Notes: generated by a model not told the origin, from the sequence alone. A stretch of DNA of 64,000 nucleotides from a virus (IMGVR_UViG_3300037200_000067:10260-74259), one strand, 5' to 3'; positions 18,461-27,745 are shown, counted from the stretch's first letter. A program made the numbers and translations.

Positions 18461-21400
18461 TGGTCTATTGCACGCTGCACAATCCGACGAAAACGCCGCG
18501 CGTCATCCATGACGGCATCCCAGGATCGCAGAAGAAAATTCCGATCGGGCCAAACGAAACGACAGAGCCTGTCGAAATCGCCTTGCATATCGTCGAGACG
18601 CTGAGGGCGCGCCGCAATACGCTGATCGTCAACCAGCTTCGTCGACCCGACGCGCCCGCGCCCGTCGAGATTGGCGAATTGATCGCGCCAGAACCCGCCC
18701 CGGCGCCCGGCCGAAAGCCGCCGATCGTCATCCAGGGCATGTGGGGCATCGGCGATAATCTCCATCAGCGCGCCTTCCTGCGCGAACTGATGAAGACCAA
18801 GGATGTGTGGCTGGAGACCTGCTTTTTCCACCTCTACCACGACATGATTCCGCAAGGTCTTCATATCATCCCAAGGCGCACGCGGCTGCGGGCGCAGGCC
18901 AAGATCATTGCCCAAGAAGAATCGCTGCATGGTCCTCTTGTTCCGCTCCCCGCCAACGCGCCGGCGCCGATAAAAATCTGGTACTACAAGACCGAGATTG
19001 ATCGACAGGGATCAATCCTCGCGGAAATGATGCACCGCGTCGGCGTGAAGGTTCCGAGACCCGATTTCAGCATGCCGGTCCCTGACGAATGGAGGGCCAC
19101 GGCAAGAGCGCTGATCAGCGGATGGAAGACCAGCGGCAAGCCGATCCTGCTCTACCGGCCGATCGTTCTCAGAAAAGAATGGGACGGAGCGGCCAGAAAT
19201 CCCGATCCTCTGGTCTATCAGGCTCTGTTCCGATCCATCCGAGACAGGTTTTTCGTCGTGTCGCTCGCTGATCTTGAACCGGGGGTGGAATGGATCGTCG
19301 GCCCTGATCAGGCGGCAGACGTGAAATTGCATCACGCCGAGCTGGATTTTCGGGGCATGGCTGGATTGTTTGCCGAGGTCGACATGGCGTTTTGCTGCGC
19401 GGGCATGGGGCCGGTGCTCGCTCAGGCCGTCGGAACTCCGGTGGTGATCGTCTATGGCGGCAGGGAGAGTTTCAAGACGACGGAATCAGCCGGCGCACAC
19501 CTCGCGCCGACGCTGGGGCTTGATCCAAACCATCCTTGCGACTGCCACAGCCATCGGCATGCCTGCGATAAACGGATGACCCTGGCGCCCGCCCTAGGGC
19601 GTCTGAGGGCCTTCGTTGACGAACACACGACCAGGCGCCGGACGTTGATCTTCGCCACGACCTATGTCGACTGTCGAGAGCGGGCGATGCTGACGGACCA
19701 ATGGATTACTTTGGTCAAGGAAAAGAACCCCTGGTGCGATATTCTGATCGTCGACGCGAAAAGCCCATGGTCGCCGCTGATTGATGAAAAGTCTCACGGC
19801 AGATTCATCAAGTACACGCCCGGCCGGCAAAGCCGCCAGATGCTGCATGTGTTTGACGAGAACGTCGGCCACCTTTCACGAGGAGGCAAAGACGGCTGGG
19901 GGCGCGCCTTCACCTTCGGGCTTCAGGCGGCGATCGACTGCGGCTATGACTTCGTGGCCCATATCGAGGGCGACAGTCTTTTCAGGCTTCCTGTCGGGCC
20001 GATCATTGATCAGATGGCGCATGAGAACGTGAAGGCCATGTCGATCCCGGTTGTCGGGATGACGGTGACGCTGAGGGATTGGGTTGAGACCGGCCTGATG
20101 TTTTTCGAGACCGCCTATCTGCGCGAAAGCAAATTCGTCGAGAAATACGACTGGAAGGCTCGCACGCCGGCGCCGACGCCCGAAAAGGTGGTGAGGGCTC
20201 TGCTGGGCGACAGTCTCGTCATGGCGTCGTGGAAGGGCATGAGAGGCGACAAGGGCCAGATCACGCACAAAAACGTCGACAAACTCGACCTCGACTGGAT
20301 CACGCATTGCCACACCGACGTCTGGGCTTATGATCGCTTTCTCGCCCTCGCGTTGGGCCGAAAGGAGGTGGTGCCAAGTGTACGAGGAAATGCCGTGGAG
20401 CCCTTACCGGCCCCCGATGTCGCCTCTCAGAGGCCCATTGTAGCGACGCCAGCCGAGAAGCTGAATTTCGGGTGCGGGACGAACAAGCTTCCCGGCTGGC
20501 GCAACATGGACATCGAGGTCGACATCGAAAAGCCGCTGCCCTTCGCGGATCATTCAGCTTCAATCGTTTTCTCAGAGCATTGCGTCGAGCACGTCGACTA
20601 TTATGCGGCTATCCGGTTTTTTCAGGAAGCGTGGCGCGTGCTAAAGCCTGGCGGCGTGATCCGGATCGCGGTTCCATCCATCGAAAAGATCATGGAGAGC
20701 GATGACGCCGAATATTGGAAATTCTCGACCAAATTTCAGACCAAGGGTCCGACCAAACGCGGCGCGATGCACGGCATCCTGTTCTCCCACGGCCACAAGA
20801 CCGGCTGGACATCGAACCTTCTCAGAGCCACGCTCTATTACGCGGGCTTTGAAGACCTGACGATCCATATGCCGGGCGAGTCCTTTAGAGACGAAACCAA
20901 AAACCTCGAAGGGCATGACAAGGTCATAGGAAAACGGTTCAATGATCTCGAAACGATCGCCGTCGAAGGCGTGAAGCCCGATCCAGAAGCGATGGCGAGG
21001 ATGGCTGCGACGGTTCAACCGATTGCTCTTCCATCCCCTGATCCGATCAAGCTCGCGATCGTGGTCGGCGGCGGCAATGATCCGATCGAGGAAGCGCAGC
21101 AAGCCGCCCTTTACGCTCACAAAGCGGGCCTTGAACCGACTTATTTCATCGTAAACGACATGATCGCCCACTTTCCGCATGAGGCCGTTGCGGTCACATT
21201 GCATCGTGAGAAGCTTGAGGGCTGGATGCAGACGCGCGTGCGCGAGGGACTGCCGCTGATCAGTCAAGTCTGGGGCCACCGCAAATATGACCGCATCACC
21301 AATGTCACCGAGGACTGGTCAGGCTCATCCGGCCTGTTTGCGGTCAAGATCGCCCGGATGCTCGGGTTCACGCGGATCATCTTGGCTGGCGTCCCGATGA

Positions 21401-21573
21401 CGGCGGACGGCAATCATTTTGTGCGCAAAGTGAGGTGGAACGCCGTGCAGGGCTTCCGCCGAGGCTGGGAGCGCCATAAGGACGAGATCGCGCCTTACGT
21501 GCGCTCAGTGTCGGGCTGGACCGCCGAGCAGTTCGGCAAGCCGACAGAGGACTTTCTGAGGGGCAAGCCGTGA
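18460..21573 (+). CDS. multidomain GT9-like / GT-A-like glycosyltransferase / SAM methyltransferase / MptE-Maf-sialyltransferase-like fusion
   Basis: GIGDN and GPVLAQAVGTPVVIVYG (GT9-like); ILIVD...HIEGD (GT-A-like); LNFGCG...PLPF...SEHCVEH...RVLKPGG (class I MTase); IVVGGG...SSGLFA...LGFTRIILAGVPM. Confidence 0.8.
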   Translation: MVYCTLHNPTKTPRVIHDGIPGSQKKIPIGPNETTEPVEIALHIVETLRARRNTLIVNQLRRPDAPAPVEIGELIAPEPAPAPGRKPPIVIQGMWGIGDNLHQRAFLRELMKTKDVWLETCFFHLYHDMIPQGLHIIPRRTRLRAQAKIIAQEESLHGPLVPLPANAPAPIKIWYYKTEIDRQGSILAEMMHRVGVKVPRPDFSMPVPDEWRATARALISGWKTSGKPILLYRPIVLRKEWDGAARNPDPLVYQALFRSIRDRFFVVSLADLEPGVEWIVGPDQAADVKLHHAELDFRGMAGLFAEVDMAFCCAGMGPVLAQAVGTPVVIVYGGRESFKTTESAGAHLAPTLGLDPNHPCDCHSHRHACDKRMTLAPALGRLRAFVDEHTTRRRTLIFATTYVDCRERAMLTDQWITLVKEKNPWCDILIVDAKSPWSPLIDEKSHGRFIKYTPGRQSRQMLHVFDENVGHLSRGGKDGWGRAFTFGLQAAIDCGYDFVAHIEGDSLFRLPVGPIIDQMAHENVKAMSIPVVGMTVTLRDWVETGLMFFETAYLRESKFVEKYDWKARTPAPTPEKVVRALLGDSLVMASWKGMRGDKGQITHKNVDKLDLDWITHCHTDVWAYDRFLALALGRKEVVPSVRGNAVEPLPAPDVASQRPIVATPAEKLNFGCGTNKLPGWRNMDIEVDIEKPLPFADHSASIVFSEHCVEHVDYYAAIRFFQEAWRVLKPGGVIRIAVPSIEKIMESDDAEYWKFSTKFQTKGPTKRGAMHGILFSHGHKTGWTSNLLRATLYYAGFEDLTIHMPGESFRDETKNLEGHDKVIGKRFNDLETIAVEGVKPDPEAMARMAATVQPIALPSPDPIKLAIVVGGGNDPIEEAQQAALYAHKAGLEPTYFIVNDMIAHFPHEAVAVTLHREKLEGWMQTRVREGLPLISQVWGHRKYDRITNVTEDWSGSSGLFAVKIARMLGFTRIILAGVPMTADGNHFVRKVRWNAVQGFRRGWERHKDEIAPYVRSVSGWTAEQFGKPTEDFLRGKP

Positions 21574-22148
21574 GCAACATCGCAGCCGATTACGACGACA
21601 AGTTTTTCCAGATGCATGTCGGCTGGCGCGCCGAATACAACGCCATGGCCGAGATTCTGATCAAGCACTTGCTTGGTGGAAAATCGACCGTCATCGATAT
21701 CGGCTGCGGCAACGGCTATATCGCACAGAAGCTGATCTCGCGCGGGTTCCGCGTGGTCGGCGTCGATGGATCGCCCGTCGCCCGCAAGTATTTCCCGCAA
21801 GTGCTGATCCGCGACCTGCGCACGCCTTACGCGCATCCCCAAAGGCACGACCTCGTAATCTGCACGGAAGTCGCCGAACATCTTGAGGAGAAGTTCGCCG
21901 ATACGCTGGTCCAGTCGATCATCGCCTGCGCCAAGGACACGATCTGGTTTTCAGCGGCGGTCGCCGGCAACGGCGGCCACCTCCACCTCAACGAGCAGCC
22001 GCACGAATACTGGCACGAGAAATTCGCCGCTAAAGGCTGGATCGTCGATGAGGAGAAAACCGAGGCGATCCGCGCCGATCTCCACGAGCGGGTGATCAAT
22101 ATCTGGTGGTTCGAGGCCAACAGCTACGTGCTGCGAAGGGCGCAATAG
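21570..22148 (+). CDS. class I SAM-dependent methyltransferase (small-molecule/glycan type)
   Basis: VIDIGCGNG, VVGVDGS, DLVICTEVAEHL, HLNEQ motifs. Confidence 0.85.
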   Translation: MSNIAADYDDKFFQMHVGWRAEYNAMAEILIKHLLGGKSTVIDIGCGNGYIAQKLISRGFRVVGVDGSPVARKYFPQVLIRDLRTPYAHPQRHDLVICTEVAEHLEEKFADTLVQSIIACAKDTIWFSAAVAGNGGHLHLNEQPHEYWHEKFAAKGWIVDEEKTEAIRADLHERVINIWWFEANSYVLRRAQ

Positions 22149-22171
22149 GCGCCCTCCCCGAAAGAATGGAA

Positions 22172-23149
22172 TCAAGTCCTAAAAACCTCGCGCCGGTGGC
22201 AGCGCGTTACAAAGTCGTCGATCCAGTCATAATCCGGCTCGGCTTGAAGTGTGGAGACGGCAGACGCGGCTTCGACGTCGGCGAGCCCTTGCTCAATCTC
22301 GGCGGCGACATCCTGATAGGCGCACCGCCCGAGTTTGATCGCGAGGATGTGCGCGGCGTCAGGAATTGGAAAAGTCACGCGCCCCGTCGTCAGCATTTCG
22401 ATCGCTTGCCGCGCCACGCGAACAGCATGGGATAGCGCCTTCCAGTCAACGCCGTTCTGACTTTCCGCCTGAAGCGCGCGGGCGCCGTAGTCTTTGACGA
22501 GGGCGTGCATTATATCGCGCGCGTTTTTGATTGATGCAGAGTAGGACAACTTTCGCCCGCAGACTTCCCAGTGGTCCATCATCACGCCAGATGCGTGCTC
22601 AATCGGCACGATGGCCATATGTTCGTCGCTGGCGACGGCATGATCAATGAAAGGCGCGATCTCTCGCAACTTCGCGGTCGTTCCAAGCCCCTCTACGGCG
22701 TCGTCGAGAATCGCTAGCGCCTTGCGCGCTGCGGCGACGCGCGAACCCTTGATGCCATACTTGTTGGCCTGCTGACGGCAATAACCGACGAAGGCGGCGG
22801 ACTTGCTTGTGATCAGGCGATGGCGATTGGCGACCACCTCGCGCCACTCTGGCGACGGCGGTTCGGTCATACTCCATTCGGGTGCGAACAGCACGTCGGT
22901 GGCGACTGTCTGCCCCTCAGACATCAGGGACAGATAGCGTTGCAGGCTGAAGGACTCCTCATCGACTTCTCCAGCGAAGTTCTTTTCGCCTTCGCTCTTT
23001 GCGCGCTTAGTCGAGATTGATCCGCGAACGCGCTGCAACAGGATTGAGCGCGCGTCGGGCATGTAGACGCTTTTGAAATCGAGGTCAGACTGCGGCGTTG
23101 ATGTCCCGTAAAGGTGCGAACCGAATTTGATGCGGACCAGCGTTCTCAT
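22172..23149 (-). CDS. Pol-beta superfamily nucleotidyltransferase (T4 NrdC.11-like)
   Basis: FGSHLYGTSTPQSDLD motif; YGIKGSR and DWKALSHAVR. Confidence 0.85.
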   Translation of the reverse strand: MRTLVRIKFGSHLYGTSTPQSDLDFKSVYMPDARSILLQRVRGSISTKRAKSEGEKNFAGEVDEESFSLQRYLSLMSEGQTVATDVLFAPEWSMTEPPSPEWREVVANRHRLITSKSAAFVGYCRQQANKYGIKGSRVAAARKALAILDDAVEGLGTTAKLREIAPFIDHAVASDEHMAIVPIEHASGVMMDHWEVCGRKLSYSASIKNARDIMHALVKDYGARALQAESQNGVDWKALSHAVRVARQAIEMLTTGRVTFPIPDAAHILAIKLGRCAYQDVAAEIEQGLADVEAASAVSTLQAEPDYDWIDDFVTRCHRREVFRT

Positions 23150-23367
23150 TTGTCCACCAAGAGGAATTTTTCGTCGAGGTCGTGAAAGGTGAACCGCGCT
23201 GTGGGCTGCGTCCAGTCGCCGTTCGCGAAGATCACGATGTCATCCGGCCCAATATCACGGCGCGCGCGAGTGTCCCACCCCCGATGGATGAATCTTGGAC
23301 CACCCCATATCCGGTAGGCGCTCCAGTAGCGATCGTCCCGGAATCCCACGTAATGAACCGCGCGCAT
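23146..23367 (-). CDS. hypothetical protein
   Basis: ATG 23367, overlaps NTase start; MRAVHYVGFRDDRY. Confidence 0.6.
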   Translation of the reverse strand: MRAVHYVGFRDDRYWSAYRIWGGPRFIHRGWDTRARRDIGPDDIVIFANGDWTQPTARFTFHDLDEKFLLVDK

Positions 23368-23509
23368 CAGCCAAGCCCATTTTCTCTCCCGCCTCCACTC
23401 TAAATCGCGGTTGGGGGCCGCAATAGGCGCTAGCGCTCCAAATCGCACACAAAATCAACGCGGGGTCTTCACGGAGCCTTCATAATTGAAGGCGAAACCA
23501 TGGCGATAG

Positions 23510-23523
23510 GTTTCACGTGAAAC
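23510..23523. promoter_or_regulatory. parS-like palindrome GTTTCACGTGAAAC
   Basis: perfect 14-bp palindrome identical to the core of the chromosomal parS consensus. Confidence 0.7.
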
Positions 23524-23532
23524 GAGGGGCGA

Positions 23533-24330
23533 TTGGGCATGGTCGACGTCAATTTCGCCGGCTGCTACGCCGACACGCTCGTATTCGAGGGTGGCTACTC
23601 GGACAACCCGAATGATCCAGGCGGTTCAACAGATCGTGGAATCACCCAGACAACCTACGACGCTTATCGGCGGACCATAGGCGCGTTCACGCGCGATGTC
23701 CGCGACATGACGGATACGGAGTGCCGGGCGATCTACCGCACGTATTGGGATGCGGTGCGTGGTGACGAGCTATGGGATGGACTCGACCTTCTCCAATATG
23801 ACGAGTGTGTCAACAGCGGGTCTGCCGAGGCGGTCCGCCTCATGCAGCAGACACTGGGCATTGAAGCCGACGGCTTCTTTGGCCTAGAGACGCTCGCCGC
23901 CGTCAATGCGGTCGTCGACAAGCCAGCCTTCATCAAAGACCTCTGTGCCCGGCGCCTCTCATTTTGGAGGTCGCTTTCGACGTGGCAGTTCTTCAAGGGG
24001 GGCTGGACGACACGCGACTACGGTATGGAAGCCAAGGCGCTCGCGCTTTGCGCCACATCGAAAGGCGCTGGGTCGCTTTCTGCTGCACCCGTTCCAGCGC
24101 CGGCCCAGCCGCCGAATCCCAGCTATGCTGATGGCTCCACAGAGTGGCTACAGGCGTCGCTGAATGCCCTCGGGGCTGCGCCGCCGCTGTCCGTCGACGG
24201 CGACTATGGCGCGGCCACCACGCGGGCCGTTGTGGCATTCCAACAGGCGACGAAGGGGCTATGGATTGACGGCGCCGCCGGGCCTAAAACGAAGGCTGCG
24301 ATCAAAGCAGCACTGGCGGCAAAGTCATGA
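23533..24330 (+). CDS. endolysin, glycoside hydrolase family 108 with peptidoglycan-binding domain
   Basis: EGGYSDNPNDPGGST.RGIT motif; C-terminal VDGDYGAATTRAVVAFQ...DGAAGPKT. Confidence 0.92.
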   Translation: MGMVDVNFAGCYADTLVFEGGYSDNPNDPGGSTDRGITQTTYDAYRRTIGAFTRDVRDMTDTECRAIYRTYWDAVRGDELWDGLDLLQYDECVNSGSAEAVRLMQQTLGIEADGFFGLETLAAVNAVVDKPAFIKDLCARRLSFWRSLSTWQFFKGGWTTRDYGMEAKALALCATSKGAGSLSAAPVPAPAQPPNPSYADGSTEWLQASLNALGAAPPLSVDGDYGAATTRAVVAFQQATKGLWIDGAAGPKTKAAIKAALAAKS

Positions 24331-25049
24331 ACGATTTCTACGTTTACATCGGCGTCCACCCAGACACCGAGGAATCCTGTTATATCGGGAAGGGGCGCGG
24401 TCAAAGAATTGGCGATCACTCGCCGCTGCTGAAGAAGGGGACGCACCCAAACGTCAGGTTGCAGAGCATCTTCGATAGGCACGGCCCTATCCTATGGGCA
24501 AAGCTCCACGAAGGCCTCTCGGAGCGCGAGGCATTCGAGATAGAAAAGGCACTTGTCGCGCTTTTGGGCAGGGGGCGCGGCAAGCCGCTTTGCAACAAGA
24601 CGGATGGTGGTGACGGAACGAGTGGCCATAAGCACACCGAAGAAGCGCGCGCCAGAATGAGCCGTGCCCAGAAAGGGCACTATGTATCGCCAGAAGCGAG
24701 AGCAAAAATAGGCGCGGCGCACCGTGGCAAGAAACTGTCGCCAGAGCACCGTGCTAAGTTTATTGCCCATAACCACGAGCCAAAGTCGCCAGAACACCTA
24801 GCAAAAATTCAGGCGGCAAAGATCGGCAGGCCACGGTCTGCAGAGACGAAGCAAAAACTTAGTGAGGCGCTGAAGGGACGGAAGCAGCCGGCACGGTCGC
24901 CTGAGTACCGCAAAAACATCAGTGAGCACAAAAAGCGATGGTGGGCCGAGCAAAGGGTAGCCATGGTCGCGCTCGGAATGGAACCTACTTTCGCGGGAAT
25001 AATCAGAAATGCGCAGGCAAAGCGCGCCGCTTTAAAGGGGGCGGCATGA
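24327..25049 (+). mobile_element. free-standing GIY-YIG homing endonuclease with NUMOD3 repeats
   Basis: FYVY...YIGKG.G.R; NKTDGGDG; repeated H(T/S)xExRAK(M/I)S units. Confidence 0.85.
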
Positions 25050-25384
25050 AGCTCGCGAGCGCAGCGGCCATCGCGGCAGGCGCCATCGGGTTCGCGCGGC
25101 CAGTGTTTGCCCATGATACCTGGGCGAGCGGCGAGCCGGTCCCCGCGTGGGTAAAACGCGCCTGCTGCGGGCCAGACGACGTTCACCACCTGCGCAAAGA
25201 ACAGGTGCGCCTTGAAGTGGACGGGTGGCACGTCGACGGCTATCCAGATGTCATCCCGGCCGGAACCGAGCAGCCATCGCCAGACGGCGAATACTGGATT
25301 TTCTATCGGACGAATACGCGGGCAGACGGGTCGACATATCAAACACGTGTCTATTGCTTTTTCGTCCCGCCCACGAGTTTCTGA
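25046..25384 (+). CDS. secreted Cys-containing hypothetical protein
   Basis: signal-peptide-like N-terminus; CCG, SPDG, YCFFVP motifs. Confidence 0.7.
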   Translation: MKLASAAAIAAGAIGFARPVFAHDTWASGEPVPAWVKRACCGPDDVHHLRKEQVRLEVDGWHVDGYPDVIPAGTEQPSPDGEYWIFYRTNTRADGSTYQTRVYCFFVPPTSF

Positions 25385-25396
25385 CAGGAGCCTCCC

Positions 25397-25720
25397 ATGT
25401 CCATTGATCCACGCGTCGCGCTCATCATCAAGATCGTCCTCGCGCTCGCCACGGCGATTGCTGGCGGGGGCCTGCCGCTGGCCGGCATCGTCTCCCCGCA
25501 GACGGCTGCGCTGATCGTCGCCATCGCGTCCTCGCTGACGGTGGTCCTCGGCATCATTCTGACGGCGTATAGCTCCTCGACTCCGGGCCCGCTTGCCCCG
25601 CAGGACGCGCCCGTCGTCGCCGCGGCAACCGCTCTGTCGGAACTGCCGCCAAGCGCCGCCGCTTCTGTCGTTGCGTCAGCAAAGAGCGCGGTGGTCGCGG
25701 CTGCCGCAGCGCACGTCTGA
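25397..25720 (+). CDS. putative holin
   Basis: two hydrophobic segments; lysis-cassette position. Confidence 0.55.
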   Translation: MSIDPRVALIIKIVLALATAIAGGGLPLAGIVSPQTAALIVAIASSLTVVLGIILTAYSSSTPGPLAPQDAPVVAAATALSELPPSAAASVVASAKSAVVAAAAAHV

Positions 25721-25733
25721 AAAGGAACGTCCC

Positions 25734-25979
25734 ATGTGCTTCTCCCTGAGCTTTATTGAGAGCCTGCTCATCGACCTTGTGGTGATCGCCGTCGTCGTCG
25801 CCATTCTGCGGCTCCTCGTGCCGTGGATTCTCGGACAGATTGGCTTCAACGCCCCGCCGATCATGCGGGTGATCGACATCATCGTGTGGGCGATCGTGAT
25901 CATCTTCGTGATCGTGGTTGTCTTTGATTTGCTTCGCTGCGTGGTCGGCGGCGGCGGCTTTCCGCTCCTGCCTCACTGA
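25734..25979 (+). CDS. small two-TM membrane protein (holin-like)
   Basis: AAGGA RBS; two long hydrophobic helices. Confidence 0.65.
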   Translation: MCFSLSFIESLLIDLVVIAVVVAILRLLVPWILGQIGFNAPPIMRVIDIIVWAIVIIFVIVVVFDLLRCVVGGGGFPLLPH

Positions 25980-25990
25980 AAGGAAACACC

Positions 25991-26368
25991 ATGAAAATCT
26001 TTGCATTCATAGTCGCCGCAGTCGCGATGACATTCGCCGGCTGCGCGCAGCTTCAGACCCTCTCCACCATCGCGGGCGCAGCAAGTGCAGCCAATTCTGA
26101 TTTGCTCGCAGCCAACACCGCCATTGCGAAGGCGTCGCCCACGGTGGGCGCGTTCATCACCAAGCACCTCGCGCAAGCGGACGGGTATTTCCAGGACGTT
26201 GCGGCGACCGGCGTCCTCTCCGCCGCTGCGATCGCGCAGGAACAAGCCGCAGTGGCGAAGGTCCAGAGCTACGCGACGAACATGCCAACGAGCGTTGCGG
26301 GCGTCGCGGCTGATCTGGCGCAGGCGTTTACGACCGTCCAAACGATGACTCACGTTCCCGGCACCTGA
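25991..26368 (+). CDS. lipoprotein (possible spanin component)
   Basis: lipobox FAGC after hydrophobic signal. Confidence 0.65.
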   Translation: MKIFAFIVAAVAMTFAGCAQLQTLSTIAGAASAANSDLLAANTAIAKASPTVGAFITKHLAQADGYFQDVAATGVLSAAAIAQEQAAVAKVQSYATNMPTSVAGVAADLAQAFTTVQTMTHVPGT

Positions 26369-27180
26369 TGGCGAACGGCGGCGGTCCATCCTCGCGGTCA
26401 TCCAGCACGCCCAACTATGGCGTGCTGGAGCAGCGCGTCTACGGGACCGAACGCAAGGTCGACGAACTCAGCGTCAAATTCGGCGAACTATCGTCGCAGG
26501 TCAGTCAGCAGTTCGGAGCCATGCGCTCCGAAGTCTCGCGCGATATTGAGATCATCGGCGGCAAGATCGACCGCCAACTCACGGCCGGCCGCGCGAACTG
26601 GACGGCGATCATAGCATCAGCGGTCGGGATTGGCGGGCTGCTCGTCAGCGTATTCGTCGTCGTCGGATCAATGTCGCTAAGCCCGATCCGGGAAAACCAG
26701 AGCGACTTCAAACAAGCCGTGCAGCGGCTCTATGACGAAACCCTGAACAAGGCCGACTTCCGGGATTACGTCGCGGGAACGGATCGATGGCTCGGGAGCC
26801 TTCGGGACCGGCTCCAGACGCTTCCGCAAGAGTACGTGTCACAACGCCAGTTGACCGAACTGAAAGAGCGCTTTGACGAACGCTATCAGATCACCACCAA
26901 ATTTCATGACCAGCGCCTTGACCACGAGGACGCCAGAATCGGCGACTTGAGCGCCAATACGCCACGTCGCGCCGAAATGACGACCGCCGTGGATACGCTG
27001 AGCGCGCGCGAGACATCAATCATCGCCAGCCTGAATGAACTGCGGCACGACCTCGGGTCCGACTTCACGCTTGGCGACGCGGTGAAGGAATTGCAGAGGC
27101 GGATTTCCGAACTGCAAGCGCAGGGCAACGGGACGGCGATATCCGCCGCAAGGTCTAGGGTAACGCCCGGCGGCGAATGA
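26368..27180 (+). CDS. single-TM coiled-coil protein
   Basis: central TM helix flanked by heptad regions. Confidence 0.65.
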   Translation: MANGGGPSSRSSSTPNYGVLEQRVYGTERKVDELSVKFGELSSQVSQQFGAMRSEVSRDIEIIGGKIDRQLTAGRANWTAIIASAVGIGGLLVSVFVVVGSMSLSPIRENQSDFKQAVQRLYDETLNKADFRDYVAGTDRWLGSLRDRLQTLPQEYVSQRQLTELKERFDERYQITTKFHDQRLDHEDARIGDLSANTPRRAEMTTAVDTLSARETSIIASLNELRHDLGSDFTLGDAVKELQRRISELQAQGNGTAISAARSRVTPGGE

Positions 27181-27218
27181 TCTTCCGATCGGGGGCGGTG
27201 CCCTCTCGCTGCCTGACG

Positions 27219-27317
27219 TCACCTGTCGAAATTATCGAGATACCAGAAAAATGCGATCCAGACAGCCGCGACGCAGATAGCGACGATCGAATCGGCGAAT
27301 GCTGTGGGCCAGTCCAT
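27219..27317 (-). CDS. 32-aa membrane peptide (not in ORF track)
   Basis: MDWPTAFADSIVAICVAAVWIAFFWYLDNFDR; TAATG coupling to upstream gene, AGGAG RBS. Confidence 0.55.
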   Translation of the reverse strand: MDWPTAFADSIVAICVAAVWIAFFWYLDNFDR

Positions 27318-27745
27318 TATGTCGGCTCCTGCTCTGCGAGGGCGATTTTGGCGCGGAGAATACATGCGAGCATCGCGAGCGATGCGGTGTTAGCGGACGC
27401 CAGTTCCTTGATCTCGCGCTCTTCCGGCATGACTGCCGTGAACATGCGCGCCATGAAAAACCCTCTACGCGGATGCGCGCCGCCGAAGCGTTCGATTGAC
27501 CACCACCAGCCCGGCAGCACGCGATCGGCAAGCGCTATGCACGCGTCGACCGACGCTGTGTACCGCCAGAGAATGAACTCAGGGGCACGTACTTCGCGAC
27601 CAGTTAGATAGAGATTGATCGTTATGGGTGGGTCGACCAAGTCCGGAACCAAAGCCCGCGCAACATCAAGGTCTATCTTCCGATCCGGCCCGGTCGCCGC
27701 CTCTACGCGGGAGAGGAGAGATTGGAGGGTGGCAATATTGCTCAT
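27317..27745 (-). CDS. hypothetical phage protein (ABA-sandwich-like)
   Basis: ATGPDR..D, YTASVDA, LPGW motifs. Confidence 0.6.
   Translation of the reverse strand: MSNIATLQSLLSRVEAATGPDRKIDLDVARALVPDLVDPPITINLYLTGREVRAPEFILWRYTASVDACIALADRVLPGWWWSIERFGGAHPRRGFFMARMFTAVMPEEREIKELASANTASLAMLACILRAKIALAEQEPT

Noticed and set aside
24327-25049. Group I intron in the endolysin
   Set aside because: Endolysin is complete upstream and the nuclease ORF leaves no room for intron core sequence.
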